Source: an uncultured virus (IMG/VR IMGVR_UViG_3300042468_000189)
Lineage: Duplodnaviria > Heunggongvirae > Uroviricota > Caudoviricetes
DNA length: 64,000 bases
Reading direction: 5' to 3' (one strand)
Virus record (IMG/VR): IMGVR_UViG_3300042468_000189
Shown here: piece by piece, positions 7,287 to 15,748 of the stretch
How the letters are laid out: each line of letters starts with the position of its first letter
Numbering within the stretch: the first letter of the stretch is position 1
Notes under the pieces: model-generated
What the model saw: the letters and a program-made list of their open reading frames with translations, nothing else
What the model was told of the DNA's origin: nothing
The model's database searches: none
Position numbers and translations under genes: made by a program

Positions 7287-8261
7287 CTATTCCTCAGTAT
7301 GTTGTTGCTCTGCATCTTGGAAGATGTAGAAGCATTCTTGATTTGCTTTGAAACCTACACCACCTACGAAGTTATTAGGTTCGATCAGCTTCAACATGCC
7401 AAGCTTGGATCGTATATCGTATGGTAGTGTTTGATGAGTGTAGCTCACGTTATTGACATTGTCAACAACTATATATGTATCGCCACGTTGAATTACAAGT
7501 TTACCTCCCTCAAGTTTTTCCACTCCAATTTTTGTATCGTCCATCATAGCCGCTGCCCTCCCATACTCCACACAGGGTGCGCCAAGCTTGTCGTACCAAT
7601 CGAACTGCATAAACATATCGGGTCTGGCTAGCAACGTATCTATAAGTGTGCTGCGTATATTCCACTGCGCCTCATTCATCTTGCGATGAGCATCGACATG
7701 CAGGTCTTTGACAGTCTTGGTGATTGCCTCCCTTGCATGCTTGATTATCTCCGGCAGGTTCCTTGTACCAAACTCCTTAAACACAGTGCGTACAGCTTTG
7801 TCCATACTGGACGTAGTCTTGTGGTCCCTCACGGTTAGCTTGTCGTTGATGCGATGGTTGTAGATCTTGTACACGTCTGCTCTTTGTGACCTACCACCTA
7901 TGTAGTCAACGGTATGAGCAAGCTTGCCGAGTTCTTCTGTGCCTTCGCTTACAACAAACTCAACAATAAAGCCACTGTATATATAATGACTCGCCTCAAA
8001 CCTCCACAGCGGACGCTTAGCGGCAAGCTCCTCAAGCAACTGCAACATGCCATGCCTGATACCCAAGGTTACTTGCTTAGAGGTATCTCTCTTCTTGTTG
8101 GCATTGACCAGATCAGCCTCAAGCTTTGGTGTTCTAAATACTATGTTTTTGTGCACAGGGTGCACGTCAGGTAATGCGAAGCTGCTATCAACCTTGGTCT
8201 CGATCCTACCCTCCTCTCGTGAGGGGATGGGCATAAGGGTTACGTTATTGTATGTAGGCAT
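7287..8261 (-). CDS. hypothetical protein
   Basis: 324-aa ORF with GAGGAG RBS. Confidence 0.75.
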   Translation of the reverse strand: MPTYNNVTLMPIPSREEGRIETKVDSSFALPDVHPVHKNIVFRTPKLEADLVNANKKRDTSKQVTLGIRHGMLQLLEELAAKRPLWRFEASHYIYSGFIVEFVVSEGTEELGKLAHTVDYIGGRSQRADVYKIYNHRINDKLTVRDHKTTSSMDKAVRTVFKEFGTRNLPEIIKHAREAITKTVKDLHVDAHRKMNEAQWNIRSTLIDTLLARPDMFMQFDWYDKLGAPCVEYGRAAAMMDDTKIGVEKLEGGKLVIQRGDTYIVVDNVNNVSYTHQTLPYDIRSKLGMLKLIEPNNFVGGVGFKANQECFYIFQDAEQQHTEE

Positions 8262-8263
8262 AC

Positions 8264-8515
8264 TTACTCCTCGTTAGGGTTACCCGCTGCTTTGTACATT
8301 GCATAGGTGCTGTTAGGCATAAGACTTAGCGACAACTCACCACGCTTCGGTGTATAGATATGATGCGTATAGAAACTAGCACCACCATCTTTGCCGCTGT
8401 GCCACTTATGTTCGTAAGCCTCACAATCACTAAGCAGTCTCAGCACTTCTACTGCTCTCTCAATAGGAAGCACGTAGCTTCCCCTGAACTCGATCAATGC
8501 TCTCGTATCAGACAT
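8264..8515 (-). CDS. hypothetical protein
   Basis: Start reassigned to ATG 8515 (MSDTRALIEF) behind AAGGAG. Confidence 0.65.
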   Translation of the reverse strand: MSDTRALIEFRGSYVLPIERAVEVLRLLSDCEAYEHKWHSGKDGGASFYTHHIYTPKRGELSLSLMPNSTYAMYKAAGNPNEE

Positions 8516-8525
8516 AGCTCTCTCC

Positions 8526-9773
8526 TTACTTATCAGTTTTGATGTATACAGCCGACCCAAAAGCCGGAACCGCAGTCTCGTTATCCGCAATCGCCCATAA
8601 GACAGGTGATACCCAATCTCCCGCCGGACCGCCCCAATCAGCACCAACGCAACCGTCGGTAAAGACAACGCATAACTCAGCATTGATATGGTTCTCCTTC
8701 ATGTACTTAGCGATACAGCTAGGTATTGTGCCGCCCCCTCCCTTGGGTCGGGTCGATGTTGTTAGCATGTCAAGATTAGACTCTGTGTACTGCTCGTGGT
8801 TGGCGATGCGAGTGTCCCAATAGAGCAGGTGCAGGTTGCTTGGTCGTACCTCCTCACAGATAGACTTGATCTCAGAGAGGAATGTGCTTAGCTCCTTATC
8901 ACCAATCGAACCTGATGTATCGACAGCAACCACCAAGTCCTTCATCTGCTCACCGATCAGCACAGGCAGATACAGATCGAACTCCAACATGCGCCGGTTG
9001 ATCTTGCGCCAAGATGTTTTGGTCTTGCTTGGGCATGCTTGCTTGATGAACTCTCGCAACTGCTCGCGCCAATCTACTTGTGGCATGAGCACCTCTTGCA
9101 GGGTGCGATACATACCCCCCGCCCCCTTGCCTTTATTCTTCTTGTTATGTGCAATGATGCCTTGCCTGATGGCAGTGTCTATCTGCTCTTCGATCTTCTT
9201 CTTATCATCATCAGACATTCCCTCAGCTTCTCCCCACATATGCTCATCGAGGGATTGCTCACCCTGACCTTGCGCTTGGCCTTGCTGTTGCTGTTGTTGC
9301 TTCTGCTTGCGTAGCAGGTCATAGATCTGCTTGCTGTTAAGACCCTTGTACTTAGCATCGAAGAGTGCGATCTTGGGCAGTGCGATAGTCTTGCCTTGGG
9401 GGTCTGCTTCCCACAGCAGATAGTTGATGAGGTAGTCGCATGCTTTGTTAGCACACTCAGCGTCTTGCTTGTATAGCTTGTTGTAAATCTTGAGATGCTT
9501 GAATGCCTTGTGCAGCATCTCGTGCAGCCTGACGAAGGCTAGCTCCTTGTCAGTAAGAGTCTCGATGAAGCTGAGCGAATACTCTTCATCGATGCCGTTG
9601 GTTCTTGCTGTGAAGTTCTTATCGAGTATCTTGATTGTGCCCATCGATAAGAAGCCAGACCACAATGCAAACCTATCGTCACGCATGATTGAGATGTTGA
9701 TCTTAGCCATGCGTCTGTTCTGTGTAGCCAGACGTTGCTCGACTGTCTGTGGTTGTAGTGCTTGTGCAAACAT
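8526..9773 (-). CDS. putative metallopeptidase (HExxH) fused to vWA domain (DUF2201-like)
   Basis: HEMLH zinc motif, MIDAS DTSGS, GGGGT and FTDG motifs; start at ATG 9773 behind AGGAGG. Confidence 0.85.
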   Translation of the reverse strand: MFAQALQPQTVEQRLATQNRRMAKINISIMRDDRFALWSGFLSMGTIKILDKNFTARTNGIDEEYSLSFIETLTDKELAFVRLHEMLHKAFKHLKIYNKLYKQDAECANKACDYLINYLLWEADPQGKTIALPKIALFDAKYKGLNSKQIYDLLRKQKQQQQQQGQAQGQGEQSLDEHMWGEAEGMSDDDKKKIEEQIDTAIRQGIIAHNKKNKGKGAGGMYRTLQEVLMPQVDWREQLREFIKQACPSKTKTSWRKINRRMLEFDLYLPVLIGEQMKDLVVAVDTSGSIGDKELSTFLSEIKSICEEVRPSNLHLLYWDTRIANHEQYTESNLDMLTTSTRPKGGGGTIPSCIAKYMKENHINAELCVVFTDGCVGADWGGPAGDWVSPVLWAIADNETAVPAFGSAVYIKTDK

Positions 9774-9781
9774 ATAACCTC

Positions 9782-10648
9782 CTATATCCAATCGTTAACG
9801 GCAAGGATGTTGTCTACCTTCTCCTTGATCTCCTTGCGTACTGATGCACTCTCCTTTATGTCATCGATGCGTACCCCTGACAGCGCACGTTCTAAGTCTT
9901 GCCTTGCCTGCTCTAGTTTTGCATCTCCTGTTATGTTGAATGCAGTAAGCAGTCCGCATAGCTCGTGTGCATTAGTGAGCATGCTCTCGTGATAGCGCTT
10001 CTTCTTATCTTCTTGTTCTTGTGGCGAGTCAGTCATGCGTGATGAGATATGAATAAGTGTCTCGTGCAACCTACCCCACGCATCCTTCATCGCATCGCTA
10101 ACCCTGCGGTTAGCCTCGGCTTCGTAGTTAGTAGCTAGCTCTTGGATAACCTCGTTGTGCGTATCGAGGATGAAGTGTCCGCTCTGTGGCACAGGGGTGA
10201 AGGCATATCTGAAGCTGAACTTGCGAGCAACCTCGCTCACGTCTGGATACTCTGAGCGATTGAAGAAGTTGCCCAGCTTGAATGCTGCTACTGATACGAG
10301 GTTAGGATAAGCATCGAGGAATGTCTTGACGAGTGCTGTTGTGTTTGCCTCCATCGTATTAAGTTGCGACTTGTAGTTGAAGAAGTTAGCCATCGGCAAG
10401 AGCCTTGGGCCTTTCTCTGCCCACGGCAGGGTCTGCGCTATGTGCCAGATGCGAACCTTCGCAATGTAGTCGTTGATGTTCTTGAGTAGGGTCGTACCTG
10501 CCATGAGGTTCTTGTTGACGCGAGCCGCATCGCTCTCGGTTGCGTTGTTATCTGCGACAACCTTGGCAGATTGTTGTTTGTCTAGTTTGTATGCAGTCCA
10601 TGCTGAGATGTTAAGTTCGACAAGCACTGCGTTATTTAAGATAGTCAT
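9782..10648 (-). CDS. conserved phage protein (DUF3150-like, tentative)
   Basis: 288 aa between AAA ATPase and vWA genes; family call from memory of such modules. Confidence 0.6.
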   Translation of the reverse strand: MTILNNAVLVELNISAWTAYKLDKQQSAKVVADNNATESDAARVNKNLMAGTTLLKNINDYIAKVRIWHIAQTLPWAEKGPRLLPMANFFNYKSQLNTMEANTTALVKTFLDAYPNLVSVAAFKLGNFFNRSEYPDVSEVARKFSFRYAFTPVPQSGHFILDTHNEVIQELATNYEAEANRRVSDAMKDAWGRLHETLIHISSRMTDSPQEQEDKKKRYHESMLTNAHELCGLLTAFNITGDAKLEQARQDLERALSGVRIDDIKESASVRKEIKEKVDNILAVNDWI

Positions 10649-10665
10649 GCTAGCTCCTTTGCTGT

Positions 10666-11751
10666 TTAGAATAAGTCTTGGTTGTTAGCGCACCAGTCGC
10701 GGAACCGTGCGTTGCTGAATGCGATAGCTTGTTTGATTGGATCTTTGGCGATGCTCAACACGAGGCATGCCATCCAGTCAGGATTCAACCGCTCGGCATA
10801 GGTCATGTAAGCGTCGATATTGTCCTTAGCCAGTGTGTCTATGAAGGCATACACAAGTATCCCCTGCGCTCCTGACTCGGCAGGCACTCGGCATCCCTTG
10901 GGGTCGTTGAGTATGGATTCCCGTGTTGGCAGTTGATCTGAGAACTGCAAGTAAGTCATGAATGAATCAGCGAATGCAGCGCCCGCTGTACCTGCAAGTG
11001 CTACGTGTACTGCGTTCTGTGTAAGCCGCTTGCGGACGTGCACGATGTTGCTTGACCTTGAGAGTGTGCGAGGCGAGACGCACGACTGATTGGGCTTGCG
11101 TGGGTTGTATGGGTAGGGGTTGCTCTCCTGCCCAGGGTCTCGATATGAAGCTAGACAATCGGGATGGGCATATACCCACGAGCGTATCTCTGGTGCAATG
11201 TTGTTAGCACTAGCCCAAGGCAACCACGTATCGGCAGAGGGCTTGCGTATCTCACACTCGGTTACCCTCTGGAGTGAGTGCGCTTTGAGATTGTCACCGA
11301 CTCCATCGGTGGACAGGTTGCCCGTGAGGAATACGATGCTTCCCTTCTTGAGGAACTTATCTGCCATGCGAGGCTTGTTCTCTTCGAGTAGTGGATGCAG
11401 CATGTTACGCACAGGTTCTGCACCCTTGCTGAACTCGTCAAGGCATATGACTACCTTCTTATCAGTATGCAGTTTGAACGTGCCGTTGGGGAAGTATTCG
11501 AGGATGCGCTCCTCGCGGTTGGGGATCGGTGCTGCTGTGTCGCCAAGGTCTAGGCTCGCACAGTCTACGTAAACGAAATCATATTCATCTGCGGGTAGCA
11601 GGGGGTGAGACTCTAAGAGGTTAAGCACAGACGACTTGCCGATCCCAGGCTCGCCACGTAGCAGGAACCGATTGTCTGGAATGTTGGCGATAAGGTCTGC
11701 TGCCTCTTGCAGTGAGATCTCGCGCTGCTGTTTGACTTGCTGTTCTTGCAT
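10666..11751 (-). CDS. AAA+ ATPase (MoxR/dynein-related AAA_5-like)
   Basis: Walker A GEPGIGKS, Walker B VICLDE, sensor TGN, 'SPR' motif. Confidence 0.88.
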   Translation of the reverse strand: MQEQQVKQQREISLQEAADLIANIPDNRFLLRGEPGIGKSSVLNLLESHPLLPADEYDFVYVDCASLDLGDTAAPIPNREERILEYFPNGTFKLHTDKKVVICLDEFSKGAEPVRNMLHPLLEENKPRMADKFLKKGSIVFLTGNLSTDGVGDNLKAHSLQRVTECEIRKPSADTWLPWASANNIAPEIRSWVYAHPDCLASYRDPGQESNPYPYNPRKPNQSCVSPRTLSRSSNIVHVRKRLTQNAVHVALAGTAGAAFADSFMTYLQFSDQLPTRESILNDPKGCRVPAESGAQGILVYAFIDTLAKDNIDAYMTYAERLNPDWMACLVLSIAKDPIKQAIAFSNARFRDWCANNQDLF

Positions 11752-11756
11752 ATCTG

Positions 11757-11981
11757 TTATCTCCTCTTGGTTAATCTGATGCTTGGTAATAGGGGGTTTC
11801 TATGTTTCTTAATAGTTACTGCGTGGTCATAGTCGTCTAGCTCGTACTCCTCTTGGATTTCTTCAGCCATTTCGATTGCTTCGTTTTCTGCAAGTTCTTC
11901 AGCCTCTGCTTGGTCATCTGCATGGATGGTTCTAAGGTAGGTGATCGTTACCTCTACGACTAAATCAAATTCTTCTTTCAT
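11757..11981 (-). CDS. acidic hypothetical protein
   Basis: 74 aa, RBS AGGAGCAAGC-ATG. Confidence 0.7.
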   Translation of the reverse strand: MKEEFDLVVEVTITYLRTIHADDQAEAEELAENEAIEMAEEIQEEYELDDYDHAVTIKKHRNPLLPSIRLTKRR

Positions 11982-12144
11982 GCTTGCTCCTTTCTATGTC
12001 TGCTTTTAGCTCGTCGCAACAGATGCAGTGCTTGCATCGGCATATCCTTCCAACAGCAACACGCTCAAGCCTTTGTCGTTCTTCTGGTGATATGTACTTA
12101 CGCTCAAGCTTGCGTGTACTCAGTTGTCCCCACGTTTCGATCAT
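11965..12144 (-). CDS. small Cys-rich hypothetical protein (59 aa)
   Basis: Manual translation MIETWGQLST...ICRCKHCICCDELK; RBS AGGAGCAAGC-ATG. Confidence 0.6.
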   Translation of the reverse strand: MIETWGQLSTRKLERKYISPEERQRLERVAVGRICRCKHCICCDELKADIERSKHERRI

Positions 12145-12305
12145 GCTTGCTCCTCTTGCATAGCTAACTCATATTCCAACCATACCCACAGCGACTCGTA
12201 AGCATGATCCCAATTTGAAAACTCACCGTCTGCAACTGCTGCATCAGCTAAGAGATGGATCATCACCTCGTCAGCATCGCTTGTGTCTATTGCTAACTGC
12301 TTCAT
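12141..12305 (-). CDS. small acidic hypothetical protein (54 aa)
   Basis: Manual translation MKQLAIDTSDADEV...; ATGA overlaps on both sides. Confidence 0.6.
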   Translation of the reverse strand: MKQLAIDTSDADEVMIHLLADAAVADGEFSNWDHAYESLWVWLEYELAMQEEQA

Positions 12306-12517
12306 CGCACTAACCCCTCCTTCTCCGCATCAATAAAATCTTTCAGTCCGACCTCCGACCAACCATGAAAAACTAAATCAGCGTCGCTGTATACGTGGTC
12401 AAACTTATCGAATGTTTTTTGGAATGCTTGTGCTTGTGTAAATGTGAGACTGTGAAACCGCAGGACAATTGTCTTGCCGTCTTGGGTTTTTAGCTTTGCT
12501 GATGCTTTGTATTTCAT
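12302..12517 (-). CDS. hypothetical protein
   Basis: MKYKASAKL... ATGA-coupled. Confidence 0.65.
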   Translation of the reverse strand: MKYKASAKLKTQDGKTIVLRFHSLTFTQAQAFQKTFDKFDHVYSDADLVFHGWSEVGLKDFIDAEKEGLVR

Positions 12518-12723
12518 TCCCACGGTTCTCTCCTTGGTTCCACGTAATGTGCATTGAGCACCATTTGAATATCGAAACTGTTCCCATACATGTCCATCTT
12601 GTGTTTGATTGCGTAGTCCAACGCTTCCTTCTCGGTATCGAAGAAGCCATAGACATCTGTTGGGCTATGCGGGAAGAAGTTAAGGATTACCCACTTGCCC
12701 GTTTCTTCGTCGTTCTCGTTCAT
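12514..12723 (-). CDS. hypothetical protein
   Basis: 69-aa ORF, ATGA-coupled. Confidence 0.65.
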   Translation of the reverse strand: MNENDEETGKWVILNFFPHSPTDVYGFFDTEKEALDYAIKHKMDMYGNSFDIQMVLNAHYVEPRREPWE

Positions 12724-12887
12724 ACCAACCCCTTCTTCACCACCAATTCAAACTCTGTGCCCCAGTTGACCACTTGCAACTCAACTATGCGGTAATAACT
12801 TTTCACTTCGCTGTCATACATAACGACGCATACATCTGCGTCGCCGCTGTAATCTTTCAGCATCTCCATCAACTCTTTCATCTTCAT
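12720..12887 (-). CDS. hypothetical protein
   Basis: Start reassigned to ATG 12887 (MKMKELMEML) behind GGAGG. Confidence 0.65.
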   Translation of the reverse strand: MKMKELMEMLKDYSGDADVCVVMYDSEVKSYYRIVELQVVNWGTEFELVVKKGLV

Positions 12888-13096
12888 CGCACCAATCCTC
12901 CTTTGTTGTTTAGACCTGCGAGGTCTTGACGGTTTGTGATTAGCAGGTAGTTTGATTTGTGCAGGGGTGCTATGCACCATCCCTTTCGCGCTTCGCGAGC
13001 GGCAGCTTCTCTGCAATCCCAACAGAAACCTGCAAGTGTGTGCAGGGGATCTTCTAACTCTAGGCCGCAGTCGCGGCAGTGCATGTATCTAGTCAT
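12884..13096 (-). CDS. putative zinc-finger protein
   Basis: CRDC...CWDC pairs. Confidence 0.7.
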   Translation of the reverse strand: MTRYMHCRDCGLELEDPLHTLAGFCWDCREAAAREARKGWCIAPLHKSNYLLITNRQDLAGLNNKGGLVR

Positions 13097-13141
13097 AAGC
13101 GTTACTCACTCTCCTTGCTCTCGGAACTGGTTGCTTGCACC

Positions 13142-13228
13142 TCATAAGAAAAACCCAAAGAACATGGCACAGCCGAGGGCTATGCCGAACACTGCTGCTA
13201 CTAGCCAATCGATAAGACTACTCATCAT
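13142..13228 (-). CDS. 28-aa hydrophobic peptide
   Basis: MMSSLIDWLVAAVFGIALGCAMFFGFFL behind AGGAGCAAGC RBS; first ORF after a promoter. Confidence 0.55.
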   Translation of the reverse strand: MMSSLIDWLVAAVFGIALGCAMFFGFFL

Positions 13229-13252
13229 GCTTGCTCCTTTGCTTACTTGTTT

Positions 13253-13272
13253 TTGATTACATTATACCACAA
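13253..13272 (-). promoter_or_regulatory. leftward extended -10 sigma70-type promoter
   Basis: TTGTGGTATAATGTAATCAA (TGn-TATAAT) about 25 bp upstream of the first early ORF. Confidence 0.7.
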
Positions 13273-13740
13273 CGTAAGAGAAAATAGATAGGTTTGGGGT
13301 ATGAATACAATGTAAGAGGTTTTAGGGAGATTTTGAGGGGTTTTGGCAGGGGTGAATACAATGTAAGTGGTTTTGGCACACTCAAACTGTAATGTAAGAA
13401 GGCAATGTAAAAGGGGCGTAAGAAAAAACCCTATTTGTAAGAAAGTCGTTATAAAAAAACTAAGTGGACTTACGCGATTTTTGTGTGCAAAATCAAGGGG
13501 TTGGAAGTGTAGTGTAAGTAAGTAAATAGTTTTACTATATTATATAAGGATTGCCTGACTTTTCTTGCTGATAAGTCAGTTGAAAATAACACTTGCTGAG
13601 AGGCTTGCGATCCCACGCTCCCATAATTTCCCGAAAAAAGTCTTACTTCTTACAATAGGGGGGTAAGTGCTTGATTATAAAAAGAAAAAAGGTGTAAGAA
13701 GTTTTTTCTTACGCCTTACATTACCTCAAATTTTCTTACT
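13273..13740. repeat. AT-rich non-coding region with about 16 GTAAG/CTTAC motifs and two IHF-consensus sites (candidate origin/control region)
   Basis: TGAATACAATGTAAG at 13302 and 13353; WATCAANNNNTTR matches at 13491-13503 (+) and 13664-13676 (-). Confidence 0.6.
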
Positions 13741-13939
13741 GAACCCTGCTATCGCGTAATCCGAAGGGACGAAACCCGAAGGATCGCGCAAACTCAGGCA
13801 CACTTGCGCTTGTTGATGCGTAGCCTCGGCTAGCGTTTGATGGATGTACGTTACGCTCCCATTGTCTTACAGTGTTAGCAGTAGGTTGATACTTAGGCAT
13901 TGATCCTTTTCTTACTATGTGGTTCATTGTAATCCTCAC
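13736..13939 (-). CDS. possible hypothetical protein
   Basis: 67-aa ORF, GTGA-coupled to upstream gene; start uncertain. Confidence 0.4.
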   Translation of the reverse strand: MRITMNHIVRKGSMPKYQPTANTVRQWERNVHPSNASRGYASTSASVPEFARSFGFRPFGLRDSRVQ

Positions 13940-14424
13940 TCAGCATTACGACGGGCGAACTCTTCAGCGGTAGCGATTGCGATTGCTTCGAGTGCGGCTA
14001 TTACCTTGAGGTAAGACTTGCGCTTTGCACCATCAACGACAACACCCTGCTTTTTGTTGTATGTCAAACCCTTGTCCTTAAGATCATTGATGCGATCCTG
14101 AAAGCGATCAATCAAGCTTTCGTATGTGGCACGGTTAGAAATAGTGAGCGATTCTCCAGTGAGTGCTGATATATACTCAGCGAGTGGACGATAGTTACCA
14201 TTGAACGTAGCCGATGCGATCCTGCACAAACCATCCATTGCCATACCATTCCGAGCGGCCGCACCAAGCTTACCCTTTTCAGCAACAAGAGCGGCAAGGG
14301 TAAAGTGCGAAGCCTGCTCGACTACACTCATTTTCTTATCTGCAAGGGTTTTTCCCGATACCAATACTTGAGCAGGGGCAAAATCAACGACGGGCATTTC
14401 AGCGGTATATTTCATTAGTTCCAT
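13936..14424 (-). CDS. hypothetical early protein
   Basis: Start reassigned to ATG 14424 (MELMKYTAEM) behind GGAG. Confidence 0.75.
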   Translation of the reverse strand: MELMKYTAEMPVVDFAPAQVLVSGKTLADKKMSVVEQASHFTLAALVAEKGKLGAAARNGMAMDGLCRIASATFNGNYRPLAEYISALTGESLTISNRATYESLIDRFQDRINDLKDKGLTYNKKQGVVVDGAKRKSYLKVIAALEAIAIATAEEFARRNAE

Positions 14425-14447
14425 TTTGAAAACTCCGAAGGTTAGAT

Positions 14448-14562
14448 GTACACGGATCAACGTACTAAAATCTAATACGCTGATTGGTGTACCCTTTGCA
14501 TTACTGACCTATGGGCAATCGGATACGATCCGAAAGCTTTAGTCGGAAGCTTGCAAAGGGTA
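14448..14562 (-). ncRNA. candidate structured RNA leader (long hairpin plus multi-stem junction)
   Basis: Stems 14448-14492 and 14490-14500/14552-14562 with internal hairpins; G-U pairs favour the minus strand. Confidence 0.4.
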
Positions 14563-14823
14563 ACCTCGCTACCGTTTCCTGCTCTAGCCCGATAGCGGCA
14601 TCAATGCCCGTTTCTCGCACGGCATCAGCGGATCACTAGCGGTATGCTCACACTAGTCGCCTTGCGGCATGATCGTTCCAAGTTTTTAATGAACGGTTGT
14701 CGGTTGGTTAGCTACTTTTGCCAGTCCGCTGAAATAACCCAGTAGGCTATCTGTTACGGTAGGCTTTCGCTTTCCTGCTAATCCCGTAGGACTAACCCGA
14801 TGATCACTCGGCTTTCGCTTCGC

Positions 14824-14843
14824 TTGATTGCATTGTACCACAA
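14824..14843 (-). promoter_or_regulatory. second leftward extended -10 promoter
   Basis: TTGTGGTACAATGCAATCAA, 18/20 identical to 13253-13272. Confidence 0.65.
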
Positions 14844-15127
14844 TTAGCCCCTAGCCATAACAAAATACGTATAAGGTATTACCCACCCTATCCCGACCCC
14901 CCCAAACCTAGACTTGACGCACCGCCGCGCTAGTACATACTGTTCCGCGTATCCAATAATGTGTTTTAAAAACACCCCCACCCCCTACAAAAATTTCCAC
15001 AATCTGACCCTACCCTTCTATATAGAAATACCCCCCGTCAGGAGTCCCAACCTCCTTTTGCTTTACAAAATTATTATTTGCATATAGAGTCAGCAGCTAT
15101 CTCAATCTCGGTGCCCCTATTCCCGCG

Positions 15128-15748
15128 ATGAACGTAGAACCAACTAAAGATAAACCCGTGCCGTTTGACCTCTCCGCAGAGGAACCTGAGCACATAAAAG
15201 AAAAGATGGTTGTTGCAGGCGATACGGCTCTGCTACTAAATCAGTTGGGGATGCCTCTAGAGATGGACCCCGACGACGCTGCCAAAGCCGAAGAGTTATT
15301 TAGACAGGCGGGTAAAGGGGTACCTGCGCGTAAAGCTAAAAAAGAACTTATGAACGGCGGGGTTGCTGCAACCCTGCGAACGATTATTGCTAAGTACGAC
15401 TCTCCAGTATTTGCAGATATTGTGCAGGCGCGGCAGTTTATTACTGCTAAGCTTGTAGAGCTTGCAACCTGTGGCGATACTAAAATAGAAATAAAAGCTC
15501 TGGAGTTATTAGGTAAACACAGCGACATTGGTGTATTTACCGAGCGCAGTGAGATAACCGTCACCCATAAAAATTCTGCTGACTTAGAAGCAGAGATTAA
15601 AGAACGTATTAAACGCTTATTAGTAGGTGGCGCTACTGACGTAGATATAGTGCCAATAAAAAGTTTAGATGAAGAGTTGGGTATAGCCACACCAAACCTA
15701 TTAAAAGAATTAGATGCTGAATTAATAACTGAACCTGTCGATGATTAA
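15128..15748 (+). CDS. terS: probable terminase small subunit
   Basis: Immediately upstream of terL; 'IKALELLGKH..IGVFTER.EIT' TerS-like C-terminal motif. Confidence 0.7.
   Translation: MNVEPTKDKPVPFDLSAEEPEHIKEKMVVAGDTALLLNQLGMPLEMDPDDAAKAEELFRQAGKGVPARKAKKELMNGGVAATLRTIIAKYDSPVFADIVQARQFITAKLVELATCGDTKIEIKALELLGKHSDIGVFTERSEITVTHKNSADLEAEIKERIKRLLVGGATDVDIVPIKSLDEELGIATPNLLKELDAELITEPVDD

Noticed and set aside
46..13256. Plus-strand ORFs in the left arm, and antisense ORFs elsewhere in the track
   Set aside because: Shadow frames of tightly packed genes on the opposite strand; no RBS or recognisable motifs.
14490..14562. tRNA gene (73-nt cloverleaf-like fold)
   Set aside because: No TTC T-loop, D-loop GG or 7-nt anticodon loop in the expected places, and the closing stem is 11 bp.
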